Assembly (NCBI GenBank): GCA_041664365.1 | Contig: JBAYKW010000001.1 | Span: 71,168 to 135,167, forward strand | From: Patescibacteria group bacterium | GTDB taxonomy: Bacteria > Patescibacteriota > Patescibacteriia > UM-FILTER-42-10 | Direction of reading: 5' to 3' | Length of the DNA: 64,000 bases | Shown here: one piece after another, positions 20,217 to 28,494 of the stretch | Layout: each line of letters opens with the position of its first letter | How positions within the stretch are numbered: the stretch's first letter is position 1 | Made by a program: the position numbers and the translations under genes | Notes under the pieces: generated by a model | The model's input: the letters and a program-made list of their open reading frames with translations, nothing else | What the model was told of the DNA's origin: nothing | Databases searched by the model: none

Positions 20217-21193
20217 TATTTTTGCTGATTTGAATTACTAATAACTTTTGACTTATAGTCGATTAATTCGTTTGTCCACTCATTGATTACTTCTTCTACA
20301 TCTTTGGCAGTTACTTCCGGAAGTGTTTCACCTTCTTTTGGATTCGTAATAGCTGACAAACGGACTTTTGCCGATGCTTCATCCATAATATCGATTGCCT
20401 TATCTGGAAAGTAGCGGTCTTTTAAGTATTTATCCGCCAGATCCACTGCCGCTTCCACTGCGCCATCAGTGATTTTAACCATATGATGTGTTTCATAATT
20501 GCCCCGGACGCCTTTAAGAATCATCAGAGTGTCATTGATACTTGGTTCTTTGACCATGACCGGCTGAAATCTTCTTTCCAACGTCGGATCGGTTTTGATA
20601 TATTTGATGTATTCTTCTTCTGTGGTAGCTCCGATAGCCTGTAGTTCTCCTCGTGCCAGTGCCGGTTTCAGAATATCTGACGCGTCAATTGCCCCGGATG
20701 CCTCGCCGGCTTCCGCTAAAGTTTGTAGTTCATCGATAAAAAGAATAATATTTCTTTCGGCATTCCTTATTTCATCTACAATTCCTTTTAATCTCTGCTC
20801 GAATTCACCGCGATATTTCGTACCGGCAACCAGTCCAGAAAGGTCCAAGGCCAAAACGCGTTTGTTTTTCAACGAGCTTGGGACATTATTGTTTCTTATT
20901 TCATTGGCCAATTCTTCCACAATCGCGGTTTTACCGACGCCGGATGGTCCGATTAAAACCGGATTATTTTTTGTCCGTCTGGAAAGAATCTGAATGACAC
21001 GTTTCAATTCGTGATAACGGCCGACTACCGGATCCAGTTTACCTTTTTCCGCTAATGCCGTAAGATCGCGTGAGTATTTGTCCAATACTGACCCTTTTTT
21101 TTCGTGGTTTTTTTGCTGACCATACCACAGTGAAAGACCGATAGAAACAAATATAATAATTGCAATGAAAAAATATACTGGGTCAGATGCCAT
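20216..21193 (-). CDS. Membrane-anchored single-domain AAA+ ATPase, ClpA/ClpB D1-like
   Basis: One N-terminal TM helix. The sequence [59 protein letters not shown] is near-identical in pattern to the ClpB D1 start. Walker [10 protein letters not shown] and sensor residues are present. The protein ends after D1 with no M-domain or D2. Confidence 0.8.
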   Translation of the reverse strand: MASDPVYFFIAIIIFVSIGLSLWYGQQKNHEKKGSVLDKYSRDLTALAEKGKLDPVVGRYHELKRVIQILSRRTKNNPVLIGPSGVGKTAIVEELANEIRNNNVPSSLKNKRVLALDLSGLVAGTKYRGEFEQRLKGIVDEIRNAERNIILFIDELQTLAEAGEASGAIDASDILKPALARGELQAIGATTEEEYIKYIKTDPTLERRFQPVMVKEPSINDTLMILKGVRGNYETHHMVKITDGAVEAAVDLADKYLKDRYFPDKAIDIMDEASAKVRLSAITNPKEGETLPEVTAKDVEEVINEWTNELIDYKSKVISNSNQQK

Positions 21194-21402
21194 AATAGAG
21201 AATTTAAATAATTACTTAGCTAGATTGTATGAAGTTAAAATGATTGCTGCAGCAAAGAAAGATGCGGCAATAGCAGTAAATGTAAGCAAAGTAATTACCT
21301 GGTCAACTCTCATCGCAAGTTGTGTTGACGTTTTTTGCTTTGTCATTGTCTGCGCGCGGTTTAAATTTACCATTTTGTTTATATAAAATTATTATACTAA
21401 AA

Positions 21403-22332
21403 TTAAATCCAGCGCCTCCTCTTAAAGTAGATTGCCACTGTTCCCATTACGACGATGTTGATTGCAACCATTATCCAGAATCCATATGGATTCTGCGCAA
21501 AAGGAATGTTTTTCATATTCATACCGAAAAAACCGGCGATAATACCAACAGGAAAAATAGTCAAAGATATTACAGTGAGAGTCTTCATAATGTCATTTAT
21601 TCTGTGAGAAATCAGGGATTCATTTGTATCCTGGAGTGTCTCCACCGCTTCTTTATATCCGCTTAAGGCGTCCCAGAATTCTTTCGTGTGATCGATTAGA
21701 TTACTGTAATGCATGTCGTCGTTTTTTGTTATGGCATAGCTATCATTTGCCTGTAGCCATGTTGTCAATTTCTGCAGAGTGTTTTTATGAACCTGCATTA
21801 TTTTCCTGAAATCAGTGATACTCCTACGAATAATCAGTATCTCCTCCACCATCTTTTTTTCATTTCCGGAAAATATCTCCTTTTCACTGATATCTATTTC
21901 AAGGCTCATATGATCAAGCATGGGATAAACTGAAAGCAATAGTTTCTCCAATATGAAATAAAGCAGCATTTCCACTGACTGGTCAAAGTGCTTTTTCCGG
22001 ATTTCTTGGTTATTTTGACACATCCTGAACGAATCGACTAAGGGTGGGAGATCATTATTGTGGATGGTAACGATATAGTCATTACTGATAAAAAAGTGCA
22101 CTTCCGATGGTCGTACTTGGCGTGTTTTTTTATCGTATAAAGGAAAAAGAAGTACCATGAAGTAGTACTTCCCATAATCGTCTATTTTAGATCTGTGAGT
22201 TGGAGTTATGCAATCTTCCAGTGCAAGGGGATGGAAATCGAATTCATTCCGCAGGTATTCAATCTCTTCCTGAGCAGGATTCACAATATTTATCCAGCGC
22301 AGTTTTTGTGTTTTTATTTCGTGGACATTCAT
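21403..22332 (-). CDS. corA: Magnesium/cobalt transporter CorA
   Basis: Two C-terminal TM helices with the GMN motif (GFFGMNMKN). Confidence 0.9.
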   Translation of the reverse strand: MNVHEIKTQKLRWINIVNPAQEEIEYLRNEFDFHPLALEDCITPTHRSKIDDYGKYYFMVLLFPLYDKKTRQVRPSEVHFFISNDYIVTIHNNDLPPLVDSFRMCQNNQEIRKKHFDQSVEMLLYFILEKLLLSVYPMLDHMSLEIDISEKEIFSGNEKKMVEEILIIRRSITDFRKIMQVHKNTLQKLTTWLQANDSYAITKNDDMHYSNLIDHTKEFWDALSGYKEAVETLQDTNESLISHRINDIMKTLTVISLTIFPVGIIAGFFGMNMKNIPFAQNPYGFWIMVAINIVVMGTVAIYFKRRRWI

Positions 22333-22445
22333 CCTGTTATAAATTTAATTTTTGTTTTAATCTGATTATATTGTAGCACACTTTTCTAATTTTGGCAAGA
22401 TAAAAAAAGGATGAAACCAGTGGGTCCATCCGAGCAATGCTGGTG

Positions 22446-22601
22446 CTATAATGTGCTGTTGTTGGATATATTGGATGCCTCGCGAAGGAATTCATCCTGT
22501 TCTGTCGGCGTCATGCCCTTGAAGTTCTGCCAGATGATTCGGGTGACAATGCCGACTAGAAACAATACTACGATAATCGCTCCAACTGTTAAGATGTTCA
22601 T
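22446..22601 (-). CDS. Small membrane protein (51 aa), not in the supplied ORF track
   Basis: Translation is MNILTVGAIIVVLFLVGIVTRIIWQNFKGMTPTEQDEFLREASNISNNSTL. Strong RBS AAGAGGAGG lies 5 nt upstream of the ATG (plus-strand complement at 22599-22601). Confidence 0.4.
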   Translation of the reverse strand: MNILTVGAIIVVLFLVGIVTRIIWQNFKGMTPTEQDEFLREASNISNNSTL

Positions 22602-22681
22602 CACAACCTCCTCTTAAGTCCGGAGGATAGAACACTATTCTAATGCTGATTCATCTTTTGTATTTTGTCAAACTGAGATAC

Positions 22682-22708
22682 AAAAAAACTGACATATATT
22701 TAGGTCAG
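22682..22708 (-). terminator. Intrinsic terminator on the minus strand between the lipoprotein gene and the small ORF
   Basis: On the minus strand: CTGAC-CTAAATATAT-GTCAG followed by TTTTTTTG. Confidence 0.4.
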
Positions 22709-22794
22709 AGTTATTAAGGGATTGGGTGGAGGGAGTTCGTAACGGCGTGTTGCAAACTCCCTCCTCGAAAAAATAGATTGTGCGAAGGTGCGAA

Positions 22795-23373
22795 TTACCG
22801 GATTATGTACCAGGGATCGAATTCTAGCAGGCCATAGACGGTCTGCTTAGAGTCCTCGATCAACGGCCCCCTGTAATGCGGGCCGTACGTCTGCCCCCAA
22901 GTTACCTCCACGGTAACCAGGTGCATACCCGGTGCGAGGTTAGTGAACCGCGCGTTGTCCAGGCCGACTAACCATGGGTTGTCGGTCCGTATCCGGAAGT
23001 AGAAGTAGCCGTCGCGACCCTGCTCGGCAACGATGGGGCCGAAATCGTCGACCCAGACCTCGACGAGCATCACCTTGGAAAGAAACTCGTCGTGCTTCCC
23101 GACCTGAACCCTCATCAAGCTCTCGGTGTACCGCAGCTTGAAAGGTTTCTTCGGCTTTTCCGGCTTGGAGTAGCCGATCTCGCTGAACATCACGTGCCCG
23201 TTCTCGTCGGTGTAGCGCAACGCCATCAACTTGAGCTCCTTGGAGCCGAAGTTGGTTTCAGTGTGGATGTTGTACACGCCTTCGAAGTTTCTCCACATAT
23301 GAGTGGAACAACCCGAGAGCGCGAACGTGGCCGCAAGGACCACCAGAGTGGAAATGAACGTGCGCTTCTTCAT
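22795..23373 (-). CDS. Putative lipoprotein (high-GC gene, unknown function)
   Basis: The real start is taken as MKKRTFISTLVVLAATFALSGC (lipobox LSGC), with RBS AAAGGAG 7 nt upstream. The track ORF extends to 23484 through the leader. GC is about 57% against a window average near 40%. Confidence 0.6.
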   Translation of the reverse strand: MKKRTFISTLVVLAATFALSGCSTHMWRNFEGVYNIHTETNFGSKELKLMALRYTDENGHVMFSEIGYSKPEKPKKPFKLRYTESLMRVQVGKHDEFLSKVMLVEVWVDDFGPIVAEQGRDGYFYFRIRTDNPWLVGLDNARFTNLAPGMHLVTVEVTWGQTYGPHYRGPLIEDSKQTVYGLLEFDPWYIIR

Positions 23374-23392
23374 GGCGCTCTCCTTTGGGTTG

Positions 23393-23412
23393 ATCATCCG
23401 CTTTCGGATGAT
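23393..23412. promoter_or_regulatory. Palindromic repeat copy 1 in the lipoprotein 5' leader (ATCATCCG-CTTT-CGGATGAT)
   Basis: An 8-bp perfect inverted repeat with a 4-nt spacer, lying between the predicted -10 and the RBS. Confidence 0.4.
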
Positions 23413-23451
23413 GTGTGATCGCCGAATCTCGAGAATCCTGAGAGTCTGGAT

Positions 23452-23469
23452 ATCCGCTTTCGGATGATT
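23452..23469. promoter_or_regulatory. Palindromic repeat copy 2 (ATCCG-CTTT-CGGATGATT), 57 bp from copy 1
   Basis: Shares the 17-nt direct-repeat core ATCCGCTTTCGGATGAT with copy 1. Confidence 0.4.
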
Positions 23470-23501
23470 GAGTTGCTGATTCACCCATTGTGAAACATTA
23501 G

Positions 23502-23530
23502 AGTATATACCTAAAATTGGTTTTTGTCAA
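23502..23530 (-). promoter_or_regulatory. Sigma70-type promoter for the lipoprotein gene
   Basis: On the minus strand: TTGACA (complement of 23525-23530), 17-nt spacer, TATACT (complement of 23502-23507). Confidence 0.45.
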
Positions 23531-23580
23531 GGCCATTAGAGAAAATCCTCTAACGGGATCAAGCCAGAATGGATGAATTG

Positions 23581-23609
23581 TTGCAAAAATAGCTAAAATG
23601 TGATATACT
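23581..23609 (+). promoter_or_regulatory. Sigma70-type promoter for the coiled-coil/ATPase operon
   Basis: TTGCAA (23581-23586), 17-nt spacer, TATACT (23604-23609). Confidence 0.45.
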
Positions 23610-23648
23610 ATATTCATTATTATTAAGAAATATTATTAATCAAATTAT

Positions 23649-24134
23649 ATGCCGGAACCGTTTGAGAAACCGATTACACCTGAAACTGCCCCTCAACAGA
23701 TGCCAGACAAAGATAGGCAGGAGGGTGGTGCTGAGGTTGAGAAGGAGTTAGAAAAACTGGAAAGTGAAATAAATAGGCAGGAAAAATCAATTCACTCAGT
23801 TACCGCGTCACTGCCGATTAAGCAGATGACTCCGACAAAACCGCAGGTTGTAAAATCGGCCACACGAAAACAAATTGAAGGAATTTTATCAGAGGATCTT
23901 AAGGAATTGTTTCAGGGGATGGATGCAGCACACAAAGCAGAATTTAAAAGGCAAGCCTCGGAAACAGCTTCCGCACTGGAAATATTAATAGCTTCGGCAA
24001 AAGCTACGGCCAGGAAAGTAGTAAAACTGATCAGCACCTGGTTGAAGCTGATACCCGGTATTAATGAATTTTTTCTGGAGCAGGAGGCAAAAATAAAAAC
24101 GGATAAGTTAATGGAGCTGGTTAAGAAAAAATAG
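23649..24134 (+). CDS. Hypothetical coiled-coil protein
   Basis: 161 aa, Glu/Lys-rich heptad-like sequence. The stop lies 3 nt before the start of the large ATPase gene. Confidence 0.55.
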   Translation: MPEPFEKPITPETAPQQMPDKDRQEGGAEVEKELEKLESEINRQEKSIHSVTASLPIKQMTPTKPQVVKSATRKQIEGILSEDLKELFQGMDAAHKAEFKRQASETASALEILIASAKATARKVVKLISTWLKLIPGINEFFLEQEAKIKTDKLMELVKKK

Positions 24135-24137
24135 GAT

Positions 24138-26918
24138 ATGGATTTTGATATTCAGACAATTTTTTCCAATCCAATAATACTTGGCGCGATCATATTTATA
24201 TCCGCCATCTTTATTATTGTTATTCTGCTCAAGATTGTCCGATTATGGTTGAAGAGAGGTCATTATCTCCCCGCAGGATTCCACAATGACACGTTACTGG
24301 TAATGGTTCCTAAAGAATTTGCCAGGGAAGATGATGAACGAAGAACAATTCCGGAATTAATTCTGCAGTTGGAACCGCTCTATACCAACCTTGGCGGATT
24401 GAAACCGCAACGTGGTTTGAATGCTTTTCTGTTCGGTCGGCATGACAATATTGCTTTTGAAATAATAAAAGATAAAGAGGAACGCATATCGTTTTACGTA
24501 ACTGTGCCACACTATTTAAAAAATTTCACAGAACAGCAAATCCATTCGGCATATCCTTCGGCAACTGTTGAAAAAGTGGAGGATTATAATATATTCATGG
24601 CACAGGGTGAAACTGTTGGCGCGTATTTGGTTCTGAAAAAACCATATATTTTCCCGATTAATACTTACAAAAAATTAGAAGTAGACCCGCTAAACGCAAT
24701 TACAAATTCATTATCAAAGTTGAACGAAGGAGAAGGAGCAGCGATACAAATATTGGCGCGCTCAGCTAATGCAGCCTGGCATGCCTGGCCGGCGAAGGTT
24801 GCATCGGAAATGCAACAGGGAAAAAAGCTGAAGGAAGCAATGAATTCATCGGCAGGCAGTTCCAAAGGTTTTGTCGGCAGTATTTTTAAATCAATATTTA
24901 CATCTTCAAAAGCTAAGGAAGATGATTTGCTTGATAAACCAAAACCGCATCAACTATCTCCAATGGACGAGGAAATAATTAAATCACTGGGGGAAAAGAC
25001 CTCCAAAGCCGGTTTTGACGTAAATATCAGGATTGCGGTTTCCTGTAAAGAAAAAGAGAACGCGGAAAGGCAATTAAGAAATATTGTGAATTCATTTTCT
25101 CAGTTTTCCGGATACGAGTATGGAAACGGATTTTCAACTATTTTGGTAGGTGGCAAACGTCGCATTTTTCATGATTTATTTTTCCGTAATTTTAACGAAC
25201 GCAGGTCGGTTCTGCTCACCAAAAACAGGTTCTTCCAGGATTTCATATTCCGTAATTTCAGCGATCGGAATTCTTATGTACTGAATACTGAGGAAATGAA
25301 CAGCATCTATCATTTTCCAATCAAGCTGTCGGAGACACCAAATATCCGCTGGCTCATGGCCAAAAAAGCGGCTCCGCCAAGTAATCTGCCAGATGAAGGA
25401 ATTATTTTGGGTGAGACTGATTATCGCGGACAAAAATCATTGATCCGAATAAAAGACCAGGATCGGCAAAGACATGTCTACATCATAGGACAAACCGGAT
25501 CGGGTAAGTCATATACCATGGCCAATATGGCGGTCCAGGATATCCAAAGAGGAGAGGGCTGTTGTTTGATTGACCCGCACGGCGGATTGATCGATGAATA
25601 CGTATTGCCGAACATACCGAAAGAGCGCGCGGAGGACGTGATTTATTTTGATCCATCAGATATGGAGAGGCCGATGGGTCTGAATCTTTTGGAATACGAT
25701 AAAAAATACCCTGAACAGAAGACTTTTGTAATCAATGAAATGATCAATATCTTTGATAAGCTGTACAACCTTTCCCAGACTGGCGGTCCGATGTTTGAAC
25801 AGTATATGCGTAATGCAATGCTCCTGGTGATGGATGATCCGAACGATACGGCTACACTCCTCGAAATTCCAAAAGTAATGGCGGATAAACAGTACCGCAC
25901 GGAAAAACTTGCCAAGGCGACTAACATTGTTGTTAAAAGATTTTGGGAGGAAGAAGCGGAAAAAGCCGGCGGTGAAGCGTCGCTTGCCAATATGGTTCCC
26001 TACATCACCAGTAAATTGAGCACTTTCATTTCAAACGACTATATGCGTCCGATTATCGCTCAGAAAGAAAGCGGATTCAATTTTCGGAAAGTAATGGATG
26101 AGCGAAAAATATTGCTGATCAATCTTTCTAAAGGAAGAATCGGCGATCTGAACGCGAAGCTACTGGGTTTGGTGATGGTGGGAAAAATACTGATGGCATC
26201 ATTAAGCCGTGTTGATATTCCGGAAGAGGAAAGAAAACCGTTTTACCTGTATATTGATGAGTTTCAAAATTATGTTACGGACAGTATTGCTGTCATATTA
26301 TCAGAAGCCAGAAAATACAAATTGTGTCTGACTATGGCTCACCAATATTTAGGACAATTAGTAGAAAATAACGACACTACAATCAAGGATGCGGTATTTG
26401 GAAACGTCGGCACGATTGCCGCATACCGGGTGGGTGTGGAGGATGCGGAACTCTTTGCCAAGCAGTTTGAGCCGGTATTTAACGAATATGATGTAATGAA
26501 TGTAGATAAATATGGGTTTAATCTTAAGCTATTAATCGACAATACACATGCCCGACCTTTTAATGTTAAAGGAAGAACCCTGCCTAAAGGCAATCCGCAA
26601 ATGGTGCAGGCCATCAAAGAGCTATCCAGGCTGAAATACGGAAAGGACCGCAATATTATTGAATCGGAAATTGCACTGCGCACGGCAATTAAAAAACCTC
26701 TGCCTCTAAATCCTGCTTTCTCCAGACGCGCATCAATCAGCGCTTTCCCAGTAAAACCGCTGGCAACTGACCCAGTGTCCGGAAACAAACAACCAGAGGC
26801 TACGGTTCAAACTGCACCTCTGCAGAATCCAATACAGAATACTGTTGTGTCCAATCCTGTTTCAAAACCGCCATCATCTGTGCCGTCTCCTGATATAAAT
26901 ACAAACATTAAGCCATAG
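24138..26918 (+). CDS. Membrane-anchored P-loop ATPase of the VirD4/TraG/TrwB-FtsK-HerA superfamily (type IV coupling protein-like) with a ~440-aa N-terminal domain of unknown function
   Basis: N-terminal TM helix (residues about 13-33). Walker A GQTGSGKS followed by the CLIDPHGGL motif, as in TrwB/VirD4. Walker B YLYIDEFQNY. Motif EARKYKLCLTMAHQYLGQL resembles the EGRKxG...ATQ motif of FtsK/HerA/T4CP. Low-complexity Pro/Ser/Asn C-terminal tail. Confidence 0.7.
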   Translation: MDFDIQTIFSNPIILGAIIFISAIFIIVILLKIVRLWLKRGHYLPAGFHNDTLLVMVPKEFAREDDERRTIPELILQLEPLYTNLGGLKPQRGLNAFLFGRHDNIAFEIIKDKEERISFYVTVPHYLKNFTEQQIHSAYPSATVEKVEDYNIFMAQGETVGAYLVLKKPYIFPINTYKKLEVDPLNAITNSLSKLNEGEGAAIQILARSANAAWHAWPAKVASEMQQGKKLKEAMNSSAGSSKGFVGSIFKSIFTSSKAKEDDLLDKPKPHQLSPMDEEIIKSLGEKTSKAGFDVNIRIAVSCKEKENAERQLRNIVNSFSQFSGYEYGNGFSTILVGGKRRIFHDLFFRNFNERRSVLLTKNRFFQDFIFRNFSDRNSYVLNTEEMNSIYHFPIKLSETPNIRWLMAKKAAPPSNLPDEGIILGETDYRGQKSLIRIKDQDRQRHVYIIGQTGSGKSYTMANMAVQDIQRGEGCCLIDPHGGLIDEYVLPNIPKERAEDVIYFDPSDMERPMGLNLLEYDKKYPEQKTFVINEMINIFDKLYNLSQTGGPMFEQYMRNAMLLVMDDPNDTATLLEIPKVMADKQYRTEKLAKATNIVVKRFWEEEAEKAGGEASLANMVPYITSKLSTFISNDYMRPIIAQKESGFNFRKVMDERKILLINLSKGRIGDLNAKLLGLVMVGKILMASLSRVDIPEEERKPFYLYIDEFQNYVTDSIAVILSEARKYKLCLTMAHQYLGQLVENNDTTIKDAVFGNVGTIAAYRVGVEDAELFAKQFEPVFNEYDVMNVDKYGFNLKLLIDNTHARPFNVKGRTLPKGNPQMVQAIKELSRLKYGKDRNIIESEIALRTAIKKPLPLNPAFSRRASISAFPVKPLATDPVSGNKQPEATVQTAPLQNPIQNTVVSNPVSKPPSSVPSPDINTNIKP

Positions 26919-26951
26919 TGTACTCAGTTTTGAATGCAAAAATAGAAATAT

Positions 26952-27500
26952 ATGTTTGATTCTTTTTTTTATTTTATCTTAATAATCGCAGTACTGTTAC
27001 TATTTGGGACAATGGCGTATGCCGGTTATCGGGGTGCTCCCTGGGTACCGACAAAAAAGAAAGATTTAAATCGCCTGATCGAACTTTCGGGAATAAAAGA
27101 CGGTGATATAGTTTTTGAATTGGGTTCCGGTGACGGGCGCATTCTTTTTGAAATTGCAAAGCGTTTCAAGGTGTCCGCAATCGGAGTGGAAATCTCATTA
27201 CCGCCGTATTTGGTTTCGAAAATCAAGGCCTGGCTAATGAATAAAATATTTGTTCATAAAATGAGGGGTACTGTCAGTATAAAATATCGTGATCTGTTTC
27301 AACAAAGTCTTACTTCAGCTGATCTGGTTGTTTGTTTTCTCATGCCGAAATCAATAACTGAATTGGAAGAAAAATTTGCCAAGGAATTGAAAAAAGGCGC
27401 TAAAGTTATTTCGTACGTGTTTCCGCTGAAATCATATGAGCCAAGAGCAGTAAGTAAGCCGGAAAAATCAAGTATTGCTATATATTTATATCAGTTTTAG
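26952..27500 (+). CDS. Class I SAM-dependent methyltransferase-like protein with an N-terminal TM helix
   Basis: Motif I VFELGSGDGRIL. Acidic beta2 end GVEIS. Motif II ADLVVCF. Confidence 0.55.
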   Translation: MFDSFFYFILIIAVLLLFGTMAYAGYRGAPWVPTKKKDLNRLIELSGIKDGDIVFELGSGDGRILFEIAKRFKVSAIGVEISLPPYLVSKIKAWLMNKIFVHKMRGTVSIKYRDLFQQSLTSADLVVCFLMPKSITELEEKFAKELKKGAKVISYVFPLKSYEPRAVSKPEKSSIAIYLYQF

Positions 27501-27678
27501 TATTTCGATTAATAGAATGTACGCGGGGATTCAACCCGTTTTTTTGCTGAATAAGTTGAATTGCACTTTACATTTGAAAACTCAATATGATACAATGTTA
27601 ATAACAAAAAACAAACATAAATTTACATAAAATAAAAAATAAATATAAAGAAGAATAAAAAGGGGAGGCAAAAATAAA

Positions 27679-28329
27679 ATGGTAGACGAAAATAAACTGG
27701 CACAAATAAAACAACTCATTGCTTCAGCGGAAGAAGCTATTCGTGTTGCTAAAGGCATGTTGGAAGGGGAATCGGAAGAATCGGATGCTGATTCAATTTC
27801 AAACGAAATCAGTCATTTACAAAAAGCCCGTTCGGTCGGTTCTGTGGACCACAACGGACGTGTCGTTGAAGGAGTTTTTGACGGTTTGAATATGGTTGGG
27901 CCGGATGGAAAGCAGTATAATGTGCCGGCGAACTATGCTTCCAAATCAAAACTGGTTGAGGGTGATGTATTAAAACTGACCATTTCTAATGATGGTTCTT
28001 TTGTTTTTAAGCAGATTGGCCCAGTTGAGAGAAAAAGATTGATCGGTATGCTCACTCAAGAAGAGTCAACGGGCGAATATCAGGTTTTAGCAAACGGTAA
28101 AAACTATAAGGTTCTTTTGGCAAGTATTACGTATTTTAAAGGAGAAGTCGGGGATGAAGTAGTTATACTGGTTCCAACAAACAAGCAAACGGAATGGGCG
28201 GCCGTGGAAAATATTGTTAAAGGCGGTGAAAGCCAACTGATTATTGATAACGGCGTAAGTACGGTAGCAATTCATGATGAGGAAGTAATTCCTGAAAAGG
28301 AGAAGGTTATAGACGATTTAGAAATATAG
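27679..28329 (+). CDS. Hypothetical protein with two internal tandem repeats
   Basis: 216 aa. Repeated pattern G..DGK.Y.VPANYASKSKLVEGD / G..NGKNYKVLLASITYFKGEVGDE. Very strong RBS AAAAGGGGAGG. Acidic termini. Confidence 0.55.
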   Translation: MVDENKLAQIKQLIASAEEAIRVAKGMLEGESEESDADSISNEISHLQKARSVGSVDHNGRVVEGVFDGLNMVGPDGKQYNVPANYASKSKLVEGDVLKLTISNDGSFVFKQIGPVERKRLIGMLTQEESTGEYQVLANGKNYKVLLASITYFKGEVGDEVVILVPTNKQTEWAAVENIVKGGESQLIIDNGVSTVAIHDEEVIPEKEKVIDDLEI

Positions 28330-28395
28330 AAGTTGATAATTTCTTAATAGGAAGACTATACCGCTGGGCTGGCCAGTACATTTTCTTCGAAAATT

Positions 28396-28421
28396 CCCTG
28401 GCTGGTGCAGGGTCTTTTTTG
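28396..28421 (+). terminator. Intrinsic terminator
   Basis: CCCTG-GCTGGTG-CAGGG followed by TCTTTTTTG. Confidence 0.5.
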
Positions 28422-28494
28422 TAATAGTTATGCAGATTGCAAATCTTTAAAATTCGCGCTAGTATAGTAGGTACCAAGAATAATGGATTGAATT

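Noticed and set aside
23393-23469. Two-copy 57-bp-spaced repeat as a CRISPR array
   Set aside because: There are only two short palindromic copies, with no cas genes and no further repeats.
22795-23484. Longer N-terminal extension of the lipoprotein ORF (start at 23484)
   Set aside because: The extension has no RBS, precedes the signal peptide, and contains the palindromic repeats. The ATG at 23373 has AAAGGAG 7 nt upstream.
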